Shown one piece after another: positions 52,201 through 64,000 of a stretch of 64,000 nucleotides of DNA. The notes below the pieces were generated by a model that worked only from the letters and a program-made list of their open reading frames with translations, was not told the origin of the DNA and searched no databases. Within the stretch, counting starts at the first letter, position 1; each line of letters starts with the position of its first letter. This DNA comes from Antedon mediterranea (taxonomy: Eukaryota > Animalia > Echinodermata): assembly GCF_964355755.1 (NCBI RefSeq), contig NC_092676.1, positions 27,112,871 through 27,176,870 of the forward strand. The letters run 5' to 3'. Made by a program: the position numbers and the translations under genes.

Positions 52201-55200
52201 AGGATACCTTATGAATTTCTGTAGTATTCTACCTTTATAATGTCGATCTCTGGAATTAACAGTAAGAGGCTTTCTGAACATTTGAAAATAAGCTTTTGAT
52301 ATGTGTAAAACAAGGCTTATTCAGTGTTACAAGTCCAAATAAAATCAATTAAAATATAATCATATATTTTAGAGTTTTTTAATAGCTAGATTCAACATTT
52401 ACTATTTTTTAATTTGTTTAAACTTTGTTTAATGAGGGTGACTCGTAACAGCCAAGCCAGACATGCATGAGGCCTCAACACTTTCATTTAAGTGGGAACA
52501 TTTGGAAACCATATCTATTAAATTTTAGATTTGTTACCTCCAGTTATGCCAAGATCGCCAGGCCCTGCGAGTATTGACTGAACAAGCATGAATATCCTAG
52601 ATGAGACGTTTTTAGGGCAGAGTTGAGCCATCTCGCCTAACGTAAACAAATGCTTCACTAGGCTTTCTTCATCCCAGCTAGTCTGTGATTGGTCCTCTGT
52701 CAGGACGACTTTTGATAAGTAACGGTCACATGACTTTAGAATATCTGCACTGATAACAGCAATGGATTTCTGAAAATCTTCTACAGCTGGATTTTGAGCT
52801 GAGCACAACTGAGAATATAAAGTAAGCAAGTAAACAAAGTGTCCCCTTAATAGCGGGGTGTCCCCTTAATAGGGGTGTCCCTTGAATAGGCTGTAGTGTT
52901 AAAACATATAATGTCCTAAAGAAGGGTTCTAATGTAGTAGAATATAAATAGAGATCAAATATGCTTTAAAGATGTATTGTCCTCCAAAATTCTGAAGATT
53001 CCCCTAAAATCCAACTTTGAATACGCCATTTTGCAACTTTGCAAAATTAATCACTTTCGTAGAAAAAAAAAAATCAAAAAATAATAATTTCACTTGTAAA
53101 GACAAAATAAACAGTTAATAATAAACACATTGTCTATTTGACTATTTTTTGCTTTTAATTAATTTTTTCAGGTAGATAATTTGTTTGCCGTTTTTTTGGT
53201 CAAAATGACTAATATAAATTATGTGACATTAAAATGGAATATTCAACAAAAAATGTAAACAACTCATTTTTTTCAGGGGACAATATATCTTTATGGTTCA
53301 TATGTTTGAATTTTGACCAAAGACCTCGATATTGGTAAAAATGCTAACTAAAACTCTGTCTACGCTATAAAATTTTGAAAAAAAAGTGTGATGTGCCCAA
53401 ATATTGTAGTGATATACTTAAATATGGTAGTGATATGACATGACATCATGTCCATATATATGGGCACATCACATTTTTTTTGTCACATAAAGTTTGATAG
53501 TGTAGACAGGGCTTAACCCAAACCATAATTCAAAATATCAAATCAGCATTTAAATATCACCTTGCTTATAGTACGAACATAATCCACAATAAGTTCCGTT
53601 GGAGAGTTAAACCTTTCAAGACGTAAACTCAGATCATCTGTAAGAGTATTGGCCGTGTCAGAGTCCAGTCGGTCAGCTACCAATCCCAGAACAGTCAAGA
53701 CACAGCTGAGGGTTTGCAAGTTAACGTTCGAATCTGGTGATGTGTAACGATTCCATGATTCGATTACAAAGTTTGGGTTCAAGTCTGTTGTACACATTGC
53801 AGTGTATGAAAGCAGCATCCATGCGGACTAGAATTTTATAAAAAAAAATGAAAAAAAATAAACAATTTTAATTAATTAATTAAGAATTAATTTTTTTTAT
53901 CCAATGAATAAAAAAAAATGTTTACCTCTCTATTGTGAGTATCAATATGTGTGATAAGTGCCTCTACTATTTTTTTGTTTAGTTTCTTCTGGCGAGCCCA
54001 CATTGAACATGCTTTCTGCAAGTATTTTCTGTAAACAAAATTATTCTTATTTATAAATCTGATGGAATAACTCGTGTCTTGCAGTTTAAAAGGGCTGAGT
54101 TGCAAAAAAATGTTGTCTCCTCTAAGTGCGTAGGTTGCGTTACTAGTGGGAGCCATGCTTAAGGGTAAGTTTGTGCCGTACAGCTGCCAGTATATGGCAC
54201 TCATTCGTTTGTCCACAATGACAGGGGCTGAGATGGACATCCTTTTCTCTAGTAAATGAATTGGGGCCAAATATCTACACTGGACCTCCAGTGTCCAGTT
54301 CTTATAATTCAGAATCAAGTTCATCTATATCATCATTATCATTACAATCACTGTCTCACTTAGTTGATACTTGCCTCACAGCAAAGCCTTCCGGTCCAGC
54401 TATGAAGCTCAACAGGCTCCAAGCTAGGGTATGGCAATCCTTAGTTGATTTATTCACATGCGTGATCTTCTGCAAGATCACTTCCTCTAACAACTGTAAA
54501 CAGCGTTCTTGGGCCGTCATCTCCTTGTCTAACACCATTGGTAGAACAGCATTCAACCACATTCTAAGATAGGAAAAAGAGCTCTTTTTTTTAATGCATA
54601 TGCCATCAACAAAATCTAAATAAATATGAGGTTACACACGAAATGAGGGAAATAGTAACTCTGTTGATGTTAAAAATGCGAGTTGGGTATAGATTTCAAA
54701 TAAAGACAATCTCCCCATGTTTTTGTATGCAGTATAGTGATATGTAAAATATGTGTAAAACCATATATACAAAATAGCACTAAGGAAATGTTTACAATGA
54801 TTCCTGGTGTAGCATAGGTAAATGTAAAAACATTTTTTATGGTGTATATAATAGATGCCATTTCCCTTAACACTACCTACAAAAATGTTTGAATATGTCA
54901 CATGATTTAATAGAACAGGCAAACCTTTGTTGGACTTGATTCTCAGGTCGAAGGAGTAATAGATTTGTAATGGAATTCAGTGCTTGCTTGCGGACGGATA
55001 ACGCTGGATCCAAACAATGCTTGTACAGTACTTCCACTTCACGTTCATTCACGGACATACCATCTAATGCTATTATGTTTGATAAGGCCTACAAAAAAAT
55101 TACTGAAATCTAAAGCTCTGTCTACACTATCAAAATAACTTGACAAAAAAAGTGTGATGTGTCAAAATATGGTAGTGATATGCCCAAATATGGTAGTGAT

Positions 55201-58200
55201 ATGACATCATCATGTCCATATTTGGCCACATTACATTATTTTGTCAAATAAAGTGTAATAGTGTAGACAGAGTTTTAGTTTGGTTTTAAGGCTAGTTCTC
55301 ACTTAACTATTAATATTTTAAAATTGTTGCTTACCTGAATTGCAGCCTTTCTGACTCCGACCTTAAGGTCACCAACTCTGGCTCGTAGCATAGCAACCAT
55401 GCTTGGTCCATCTTGTGTTGCTATTAGTCAAAAAAAGGAATTTAAAGATTGGCGGGATGTGTATGTTAGCCAAAGACTTCATTATAAAATTACAGAGCCA
55501 TTGGTATTAAGAACAGTAAACAATTGTCAACAGAATTGATAAAAACTTGATGTATTCAATGAAATACAACAATAAATAGTAGATATGGGGACATCTCCAA
55601 GGTTCAACAAATTGTCCCCTTATTATAGGGATGTCACAAAAGATGGTTTTAATGGAATAAAAACAAAATATATTACATGTATCACCAGATAGTTCAAGTA
55701 GCATTGCAGGTGAACCACCAAACAGGTTCCCAGGTGTGGCACCATCTTTCTTCACATGTCTTTGATCCTCCACGCCTCCTCCTTCATTATCTGTTGCCTC
55801 ATCTGTAGTATTACCATCAGTGGTTGGTTTATTTGCGGGCTGCAGATTGGCTGGTGTGCAATTAATCAATTGGTCCGATTTGTTGAACAAACTTGTGAGT
55901 GCTTGTAGGACGGTTGGGTCACCAGATGAAGTGAACATTGCAAAACAAGACAGCGCTTTTGCACGAACCCTGTAACAATGATGATGATATAACAATGTTA
56001 GATAAGAAGTTAAAGATGGGAACGTATACTCAGCCTCGTTTTAACCTTACAATCCTCTTTAAAGCTCTGTCTACACTCATGTATATAGATGTGATTATTG
56101 GCCGTGATAACCCATGATCATGGTCAATTTTGGTAGCGCCTTGAGCACTTCTAGTGGATATGTGCGCTTTATGAATTATTATTACTATTTTGACAAAAAA
56201 GTATAATGTGCCCAAATATTGTAGTAATATGTTTAAATATGGTAGTGATATGACATTGTAAGGTAAAGTTCTTATGATTATAAATGATATCATCTGTGTT
56301 GCAATAAACTTACGTCGGTGCTTTGTCAGAGCAGCGACCTATCAACATCATAAGTAACAGTTGGTAAGAGGCTACTTGCTCAGCATCAGGTGTCCCATCA
56401 CCTAAAATAAATAATAAATATTTATTACAATCAACTCTCCCAATAATTTTCTTAAATCCGGAAATTCTCCCAAAACATTTCTTGACGTCTAAACAGTCCC
56501 AAATTCATTTCTACCATTAAAAACACATTCCAAATACCAGACTTTCCAGAAAACCACACATATTAGGCCAGCCCACAGGTGTCTGGTATTGGGAGTTGAT
56601 TAAAAATAATTAGAAAATACAAAACGTTAAGAATAAATGTTAGCTCTGGGTTAAAAATAAAGAAATAAAAAGTTCAAACCTTGTTGAGAAGTTTTCTGTG
56701 AATTTTCTAACATTACACTAACCACTTCTAAAGCAAAAACACGGAAACCAGTCTAACAAGAAAAAAGAAAATAAAAAATAATAAACAATACATAAACAAT
56801 TGTCACAAAAAAATTTAACATCTGTCTCAAATATCAAACCCAACTATGTTGTGGGTTTGAATTTTATCTATCTTTCCACTTATTGACTACACAGCATATT
56901 TTTTTTATCAGATAAGCAAAATATATATTAAAACTGCCTTATCAAGATAATCATATTTTTAAGTATACACTACATAATTGAATATACCTTAGTATTTTTA
57001 GAGTATTTATAAAGCCATTGCATAAAGGCAGCATTAAAATTGCTTGGTAGGACGGCTAAGATGCTAGTCATGGCAACAGCAATGCGTGGACGATATTCTG
57101 ACCTGTCGGGAACCTTGACGCAAAGGTGCTGAAGAAGAACTCGAACACTGACGTGCGACAACTCACCTAGGTGCTTTATCAAATAACTACAAGAAAAGAT
57201 AACAAAATGTATACAATATAGTCTGCTTAAAGCTCTGTCTACACTATCAATGTAGTTTGACAAAAAAGTGTGATGTGCCCAAATATGGTAGTGATATGAC
57301 ATCATTGTGTCCATATATTGGAACATAACATTTTTTGTCACATAAAGTTTGATAGTGTAGACAGAGCTTTATATTTTCAATTTTATTTTTTCAGATTATT
57401 GATTTAAATGTCACACATCAGCAGAGTGAATCAGAGTGGACTGTGGGTATCATACAGCATTAGTCTTCTTTAGAGATTGTTAGCCCAGAGCCATGATATC
57501 ACTGCGTTCCACTGGGGCACTCTAGAATACATATCATTACCCCCTTTATATTTTCAATCAAACAAGTATGGCAACAAACTCCAATAATGCAGCTAGTAAT
57601 CAGCAACAATTTGTGTCTTGACCTTACCAGGTACCCATTTGTATACCTGGGTGGAGAAAAGCAGATATTTTTGGCTTGGGAGAATTTACTTTATTATGTT
57701 CACACTGAAATACTAACCAGACATATGCAACAGCATTATCTTTGATGTTTTGAATGTCTTTAGGAATGGATGAGGCAGATACCCCTTCATTTTCACCAAT
57801 AAGCATAAGTATACTTGGCATCAAATGTTTGAATATCTAAAAAAACACAAATGAATATTAAGCTCTGTCAAAGTTTATGTGACCATATATGGACATAATT
57901 ATGTCATCACTACCATATTTGGGCATATCACTACCGTATTTGGGCACATCACACTTTTTTTGTCAAACTAGTTTGATAGTGTAGACAGAGCTTTAGATAA
58001 CAATAATAAATCAAAATTTATTTCACAAACTTTCAATTGCATGATGTCATGCCAAACTGTACTATGCTATCCTAACCCAACATTTTTCGTTAAACATTGA
58101 CTGACCAATTTGTTCTGCGCTTAGAGGCACCCTGAATTTTGCGATATATTATTGAACATTATTATCAGTCATCATCATATCTTTATTTGTCCATTAAAAA

Positions 58201-61200
58201 GAATTGACATATCAAAGTAACTGGCATATCAAATATATATCAAACAGTAAAAATACACAGAAAAACAAAACACAAAACAACACAATTCTTGATAAAAAGT
58301 GGCTAAACTATTATAAAGTTGTTTGTATGCTTACCGTTTTAACTGTTGTGTCCACCTCACCGTGTACTGGTGTACAGAGACTAGTCAGCCCAATGAACGC
58401 TAGTTCAGTTGGTGATTTTGTGTTACTGTAAAAATAAGTAAACATAAACATTATTCTCTTTCGTGCATAGCATTATTTTTTTAAAATTGTTTTGTTTTAT
58501 CTCAGCCTGTTATTGGAGGTATTTTATTCTCTGTTGAATAAAATAAAAATATTTACTTACTGAGTATTTGTAAACTGGATATTGTGAATATTTGGTTCTG
58601 ATTTAGTGAGATCTGTTAATACCTGAAGCACGAACTGACAACAATGTTCAGACTGCTTCAACGAATAATTATTCAACAAACTAACTAACTCCTGTAAAAA
58701 AAGATGAAAAATTACTCTTATATGGCTCATGTGTACATCTCCTATGAAAATAGGGGATCGTCTCCTATGAAAGTAGAGGATCGTCTCCTATGAAAGTAGG
58801 GGATAGTCTCTTATAAAAATAGGGGATCGTCTCCTATGAAAGTAGGGGATCATCTCTTATGAAAGTAGGGGATCATCTCTTATGAAAGTAGGGGATCATC
58901 TTCTATGAAAGTAGAGGATCGTCTTGAAAGTAGGGGATCATCTCCTATGCCCTGCTTAGAATGAGTAAGTCCAATATTTTGTTAAAAAGATTATGACAAT
59001 TGATTAATCAAAATGACCCTTATCAATTTATATCAATATGATTGGGCTCATTTATATCAGTCGAATGTCTTTGTTGGAGCAGAGGTAAGAAAAATATTTT
59101 ACCTTTAAGGCGTTGACTATACATCCTTTGAGTTTATGTACATCACTAGCAGTAAGAGTAGTAATAACATCGTCCTCATCGCTGTCATCACTATCATCCA
59201 TGTCTATTTGATTGACAGCCCCAGTCTGCTGCTGGGTATCACCCCGGTGTTGCCTTTTACCTGGTCCTTGGCTGGATGAAGTTTGGCTTTCATTACGTTT
59301 TCTCTTACCAGGTACTAAAAATGCATTTTACGAACATGATTATTTTTGTTGGGAGGTAGATAAGTTATGCTAACTTCGACTTACAGATTTGTAAAAAAAA
59401 TGCTAGGCCTAGGCCACGCTACGGCTAGTAGACCCTGTCGCAATCGCGGCCCACCACACGATGAGGCTTCTTGAATTGAGTTTGCTTAGCTAGCTAGGCC
59501 TAATAAATGCTAAGCCTCCTTTATCAGCAATGACAAACTGTATTTTCTTTATGGTTTAGCCGTAACAATAAGAAAACGTATAATAAATACATTTTGGTTC
59601 TTATTCGAAATCGTTATCCATTGTTTATTGCCATCTGTCTAGCACAAAATGGGTACCCACAAAACTCCGCTCAAGTTCTCAACGCTAAAACAACTCACAG
59701 ATATTATACTAGCGCGAGTTATAGGACGCCGCCTATCCTATTTAACCTGCTTGAGAGAACCGATATGGTCCCACATTATCACCTCTGTCGTTTGTTTATC
59801 GAATTATGTACTTTTTTTTTAGCGCGTTGTGTGTGTATTCGGACCGCTGAAAGACGTCGACTTAGACGAATTTCGACTTAGAAAAATTCAACTTACAAAT
59901 AAAAATTACACAGTAATGTATAGGAAAGAATTGGGACTTTCATAAAAATTCGACTTTCGCGATTTTTCGAATTACACGAATTTGACTTAGGCGGAGTCGA
60001 CTGTACTTTGATGCTAACTTTGTAAGTATTAGCAGGTTTAAAAATAATAGTCAACCAAAAAATGGAAATATAATTACCATTGTCAGGCCACAACTTGAAC
60101 GTTTCCAAAGCTTTCTCAAATATTATAGGATGTAGAATATTAAAGGCGCCACTACCTAATAAATAGAAAATATCAGCTTCAGTTTTTGTAAATGTTGGCA
60201 TTCAGGCTCTATTTTTTTCTTCTCTCATTTTAAACTTGTGTCATACAACAACAAAAACAAACATACATTAATTCAAGATTTCCCAGGGTCATATATTCTC
60301 AATTCTGGTCAAGTGCAAAGTACCATGGTAACAAAATGCCGTGGGAGACACACTGATCTTGTATCAAACCTGTTAGTGGCGGTAATTATCGCTGTTGGTT
60401 TCGATTGAATAAAATAAAAATAAATAAATAAATATAAATGTATTTGAGTTGTAGCACTCTTATAGGGTTATAGGCCATTATCTGTTTATCCAGGTAAGCT
60501 AGGCATGAAATAGACTAGCAAAGTAACAGATTCTGTACAAGGATTTACCTGGAATTTGCAAGATAATCAGGTACAAAGTGGTAGCCAGGGTAGCTGCTTC
60601 TCTTTGATATATATTGGACAGATATCTGTCAGCCGAATCTAACAGATGACACAAAAGAACTAACACAGTCCGAGGAGACAACTCTTTATCTTGAAAGATC
60701 CCCCAAAATTCTGAAACATACAAAATTATAGTCATTTTAAAAACAATATGTGAAAAAACACACTATGCAGAATTTTTAGATAAAAATAATCCAGCAGACT
60801 ACCAACCCACAAAATCGTGGGCCATCGAATTGAATGCTTGTAAATGATTACAGATTCCACAATGGTACAGTAAGTCACATGTCAATTGTGTCATACTCAA
60901 ACGCAAGAATAGATGTTTACTTTTTTACTGTATGCCTCAGCTCTTCAGATTAATTAGGAGAATTGGTACTGTGTTGTGTACGTAAATGTACTTATGTAAA
61001 AATAAGAAATAAAGGAACACACTTAAAAAATAAATCAGGGGAATACTGTATCTCTAGGCAAGATTTTCTCTCTCATTTGTGGTATAAACAACACTTTTTA
61101 ATTATTCACATTAATATCATCTTTAATGTCATCACTATAAAATCATCATGTCGATGTAAGTTATTAATGGTGCTGCTGCACAACTGGCTACCATTATGGG

Positions 61201-61866
61201 AAAGTAAATTCATTCATGTCTCTGCTTTTTGTTGTTGCAAATTGAATTGCAAATTACTAACCCTTGGAATCTGTTGCATCGCTTGTCCAACACCTGAATG
61301 CTTCCACGGCACTCTTTAACTGCGGCACAAGGTATCGTTCATCAGCAATACATTGTTTTAAGTTTTCTGGGATGACTATTTCATCAAGCAGATCCTGATT
61401 CCACAAACTATCTAAATCTGGTATTTCTGCAGAAGAATATCAACATCATCAGTTAAAATCAACGTAAAAAATTATCATATTCATTCTTATTATTTATTAA
61501 ATTAGGCCATTTGAAATTCAGCTCGGCCTGTTATATAACACTAGTACTCTAGACCTAGCTAGGCCCATGTAAACAAGATTCACAGCGAAGACATGATGGC
61601 AAACGCGCCGGAAAGACCCCGTTCGGGATCGGGAGGTTGACTAGACTCGCTGCCTAGCTTTTAAAACGTTTAGGCCTAGGCCTAGCCTAGTCTAACGCAA
61701 AACAGTTGCTGCAAGCCTAATTACAAGCTAAAACTATTGCAATTAATATTATGAAAGTAAATCATAACGAGGCGTAAATAGAAAGAGATATAATATTTAG
61801 ACCTTTACTAATTTCTTCAATTTTAAGACAATTTAGGACATTCGAGGTGCGAGTTATATTATCCAT
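43210..61866 (-). CDS. NCAPD3: Condensin-2 complex subunit D3 (HEAT-repeat protein), multi-exon
   Basis: Recognisable motifs in order: [145 protein letters not shown]. First exon 61803-61866; last exon ends at 43210. Confidence 0.95.
43683..43840. repeat. Two-copy tandem duplication (about 80 bp) in an intron
   Basis: gcaccaacg..tgatgtaggttggattgcggaagtatg...gtcatgaatt occurs twice. Confidence 0.9.
44742..44945 (+). mobile_element. Degenerate tRNA-derived SINE
   Basis: A-box-like gtggtttgctggtt and B-box-like gtgttcaaatcc followed by a non-tRNA body; no acceptor stem. Confidence 0.5.
44980..45515. mobile_element. MITE family B, longer variant
   Basis: ttaaAGATGTATTGTCCC...GGGACAATATATCTttaa with a different interior. 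Confidence 0.8.
46618..46779. mobile_element. MITE family A
   Basis: taaagctatgtctacactatcaaact...agtttgatagtgtagacacagcttta. Confidence 0.88.
47231..48006. repeat. 37-bp minisatellite, about 21 near-identical copies
   Basis: Unit tacggccatccgtccgtattcaggggacacaataaaa, head to tail with no spacers. Confidence 0.97.
48173..48316. mobile_element. MITE family A
   Basis: taaagctgtctacactatcaaact...ctagtttgatagt. Confidence 0.8.
49672..49881. repeat. Minisatellite of about 32 bp, about 7 copies
   Basis: aatgtccagtggtctaaattggtcatacaatg and variants. Confidence 0.9.
50290..50402. mobile_element. MITE family A, truncated
   Basis: Internal motifs plus the right TIR gatagtgtagacagagcttaa. Confidence 0.8.
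50653..50818. mobile_element. MITE family A, full length
   Basis: Both TIRs present. Confidence 0.88.
51340..51620 (+). mobile_element. tRNA-derived SINE with Deu/Nin-like domain
   Basis: A-box gtggccgagcggtt, then ctcggataatgactataaactgtagg...aaagaacc...ttcgagatgagtagggggttaccccggtg, resembling the Deu/Nin core (recalled, not searched). Confidence 0.65.
52966..53293. mobile_element. MITE family B
   Basis: ttaaagatgtattgtcc...ggggacaatatatcttta; interior similar to 17882-18203. Confidence 0.8.
53349..53516. mobile_element. MITE family A
   Basis: Both TIRs, slightly diverged. Confidence 0.85.
55111..55277. mobile_element. MITE family A
   Basis: Both TIRs present. Confidence 0.85.
56060..56258. 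mobile_element. MITE family A interrupted by a retroposon 3' tail
   Basis: Left TIR, then an insert of about 110 bp ending in (att)n, then the MITE interior resumes. Confidence 0.65.
57228..57371. mobile_element. MITE family A
   Basis: Both TIRs present. Confidence 0.88.
57858..57994. mobile_element. MITE family A
   Basis: taagctctgtc...gatagtgtagacagagcttta with an internal deletion. Confidence 0.85.
58738..58948. repeat. 23-bp minisatellite, about 9 copies
   Basis: ctcctatgaaagtaggggatcgt and variants. Confidence 0.92.
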
Positions 61867-64000
61867 GACGTCAAACACATGACCCGCCAAATTTCAAAAT
61901 AGATTCATCCATTAATTTAAGTAGGTAAGTTACGTTTACTTTTTTTGTGGAAAATAGTTTCGTGTCCATTTTAAAGTCAATTAATCATTGAAATGTTCTA
62001 CCTTTAACTGTTGGATGAAAACAATAGTAATATTGATTATTAATAAACAAACACATTCGAGAAAACTAAAATACTGTGTAGGGTCTACTGAGTACAAAAA
62101 TGACACCTTTAATATATAGGTATACATTTCCCTCCACATTTTTGGAACAACCTAGTTAAGCTGTTTCTTATAATTTGAGTGGTAAATACATTTTATTCAA
62201 GTTGACATGTATTATTATACTGTTGTGATTTAACATTATATAAAACATCCGTTCCAATACAATTACTGTTCTTCACTTATGATAAATTGCGTTATTTTAT
62301 ATATTTTTTTATCCAACAAAAGAAAAATGAACGGATGTTTGAAACCTGAAAAACAGTATTGGAAACCCCTTGTGAGACTATAAATTGACCTTCATTTGAT
62401 CTGAGAAGTCGACGTTAACAATTGGTCAATTGAACATGTAAATTAATAAACGTCATTTCATCAACCAATCATTTTCATTGTTATTGAAATGGGGTTTATT
62501 ATACAGTGGATGCTCTCTACATGACGGTGAGTGCAATCCTGAATATTATTTTCTGATAAAATTTAGAGGGAAAGAGGGTGTATCCGTTGTTTAGAGGTTA
62601 CAGAGGGAAAATGGAGGGCTTTATTTGCAATTTTGGGTGATTTAATGCAGATTTGAAGGATGGGGTTTCGTAGAATAGTTAAAAGTTGATCATGTGCACT
62701 GATGCTATTCGTCAGTGGAGGGACACCAATGATAAATACGCAGCACTGAAAACGCGTATAACCTATCCACGATCCAGGGAATCCAAATTAATATGGCTGT
62801 TTTTTCGCCAGGTTATAGTAATAGATCACAATTATTGTTCACTTTAGGTAATTTACAGTTCCCTCATAATTATTTAAGTCCTACCTTAGGTGCAGAAGTT
62901 GTAAACTGGTAGATTATTCTCTTGTTTTTAACATAATTATTGGCAGGCCAGTCTGGGTACAAAAAGCAAACTCAGTACATACAGTGAGTGGAGTGTGTGT
63001 ATTGCTGCTGCTTGGAAGTACAGTAGTCTGTAGACATGTAATCCAAATAATTAAATACTGAGCATGCCTAACTAGTGGTATATAATGATATGAAGGCCTA
63101 GGCTATTTATTTTTTACATTTACCTTCTCTTGTGGTCTAATTATTTCTCTAAGGCCTAAAATGAGTGAGATTAGAATTGAGTAGTTTGTGTGTGAACACC
63201 TTGAATGATGTGAAAAATCAATCAACATATTTTTTATAAAAGGCTACATCCGCACTATTAACCTTTAACATCACATCTTTCCCCACCAAAAAGTAAAACA
63301 ATATGTTTTTTGTTACATCAATCAATGTTTTTAAAATTCCTTTCTGTGGTTGGTCAACCTTACCTGGTCAGATCAAGCAGAAGTAGGGCTGAGAGAGGAA
63401 CAAATCGCATACACATCAAGCTTTTCTTATTTTTTTTTTATCTGAAGCAGTATAAACTATAATGAATTTGATGGTTGTGAATAATTTACAAGTGTATTGA
63501 AATTTTCCTTCGATAAAATCCGGATTAATGATTAACATGCCCATTTCCATTAGTTTTTCTACATTATTATTTTTAACTACTCTCATAAGACAACAAGGTA
63601 TCACTTTATAAGACAATCATCATTAATCAATAAGCGAATGCAAATCAATCAATAATTAACTGACCTAGTGCAATTTTTGTTCACTTTCTATGATAAATGG
63701 TTCACATAAAATGTACCTAAAACTATCTAGATACATTTTTTCCATTTATTAAGGAAACTCGCATTATTAGAATTTGTAGATGCCCTTCTAAATGCTTGAA
63801 GTACCATCGGTATTCAAATGTTTGAAAATGCAAGTTATTCCAAAATAAGAAATCTTGTGTGGAAAAGGAATGATCCTGTGCCAAGTAAATAGACCTAATG
63901 AGTTTGATTACTAAAAATGGAACATTCTGTGGTTAGCTAATGGATCAGTCCAGGTTTAAGCTTTGCAGTCTCCGCCTTTGGATAGCCATTGGTCCAACTC

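Noticed and set aside
59360-60006. CpG-richer intronic segment with ORF 59594-59881
   Set aside because: No recognisable protein. It ends in ggagtcgactgta, so it is probably a decayed DNA transposon, but the left boundary could not be defined.
62000-64000. Possible head-to-head partner of NCAPD3 (VPS26B in vertebrates) or another gene end
   Set aside because: No recognisable coding exon was found. A possible 25-nt minus-strand microexon near 63364-63388 has no other support.

Overview
AT-rich eukaryotic genomic DNA with GT-AG introns, probably from a marine invertebrate (inferred from the gene families and Deu/Nin-type SINEs). Most ORF-track calls are exon fragments or repeat artefacts. The left two thirds holds three intact paralogous genes arranged + / - / + (7017-19287, 21004-31858, 34267-41755). 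Each encodes a type I membrane VWDE-like protein: signal peptide, UMOD/GP2/OIT3-type D8C domain, VWD with GDPH, furin site, EGF, Cys-rich module, stalk, TM helix and short tail. The paralogs show mosaic similarity suggestive of gene conversion, three very different stalks on the same exon, a shared KETK tail motif and a duplicated upstream block with a kappaB-consensus site. The right third is NCAPD3 (condensin II subunit D3) on the minus strand (43210-61866). A probable first coding exon of an unidentified gene lies at 4759-4900 (-). Introns carry about 14 copies of one MITE, TTAA-flanked MITEs, a Helentron-like element, SINEs and minisatellites. No CRISPR array, rRNA or credible tRNA gene was found. 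Exon boundaries were read by eye.
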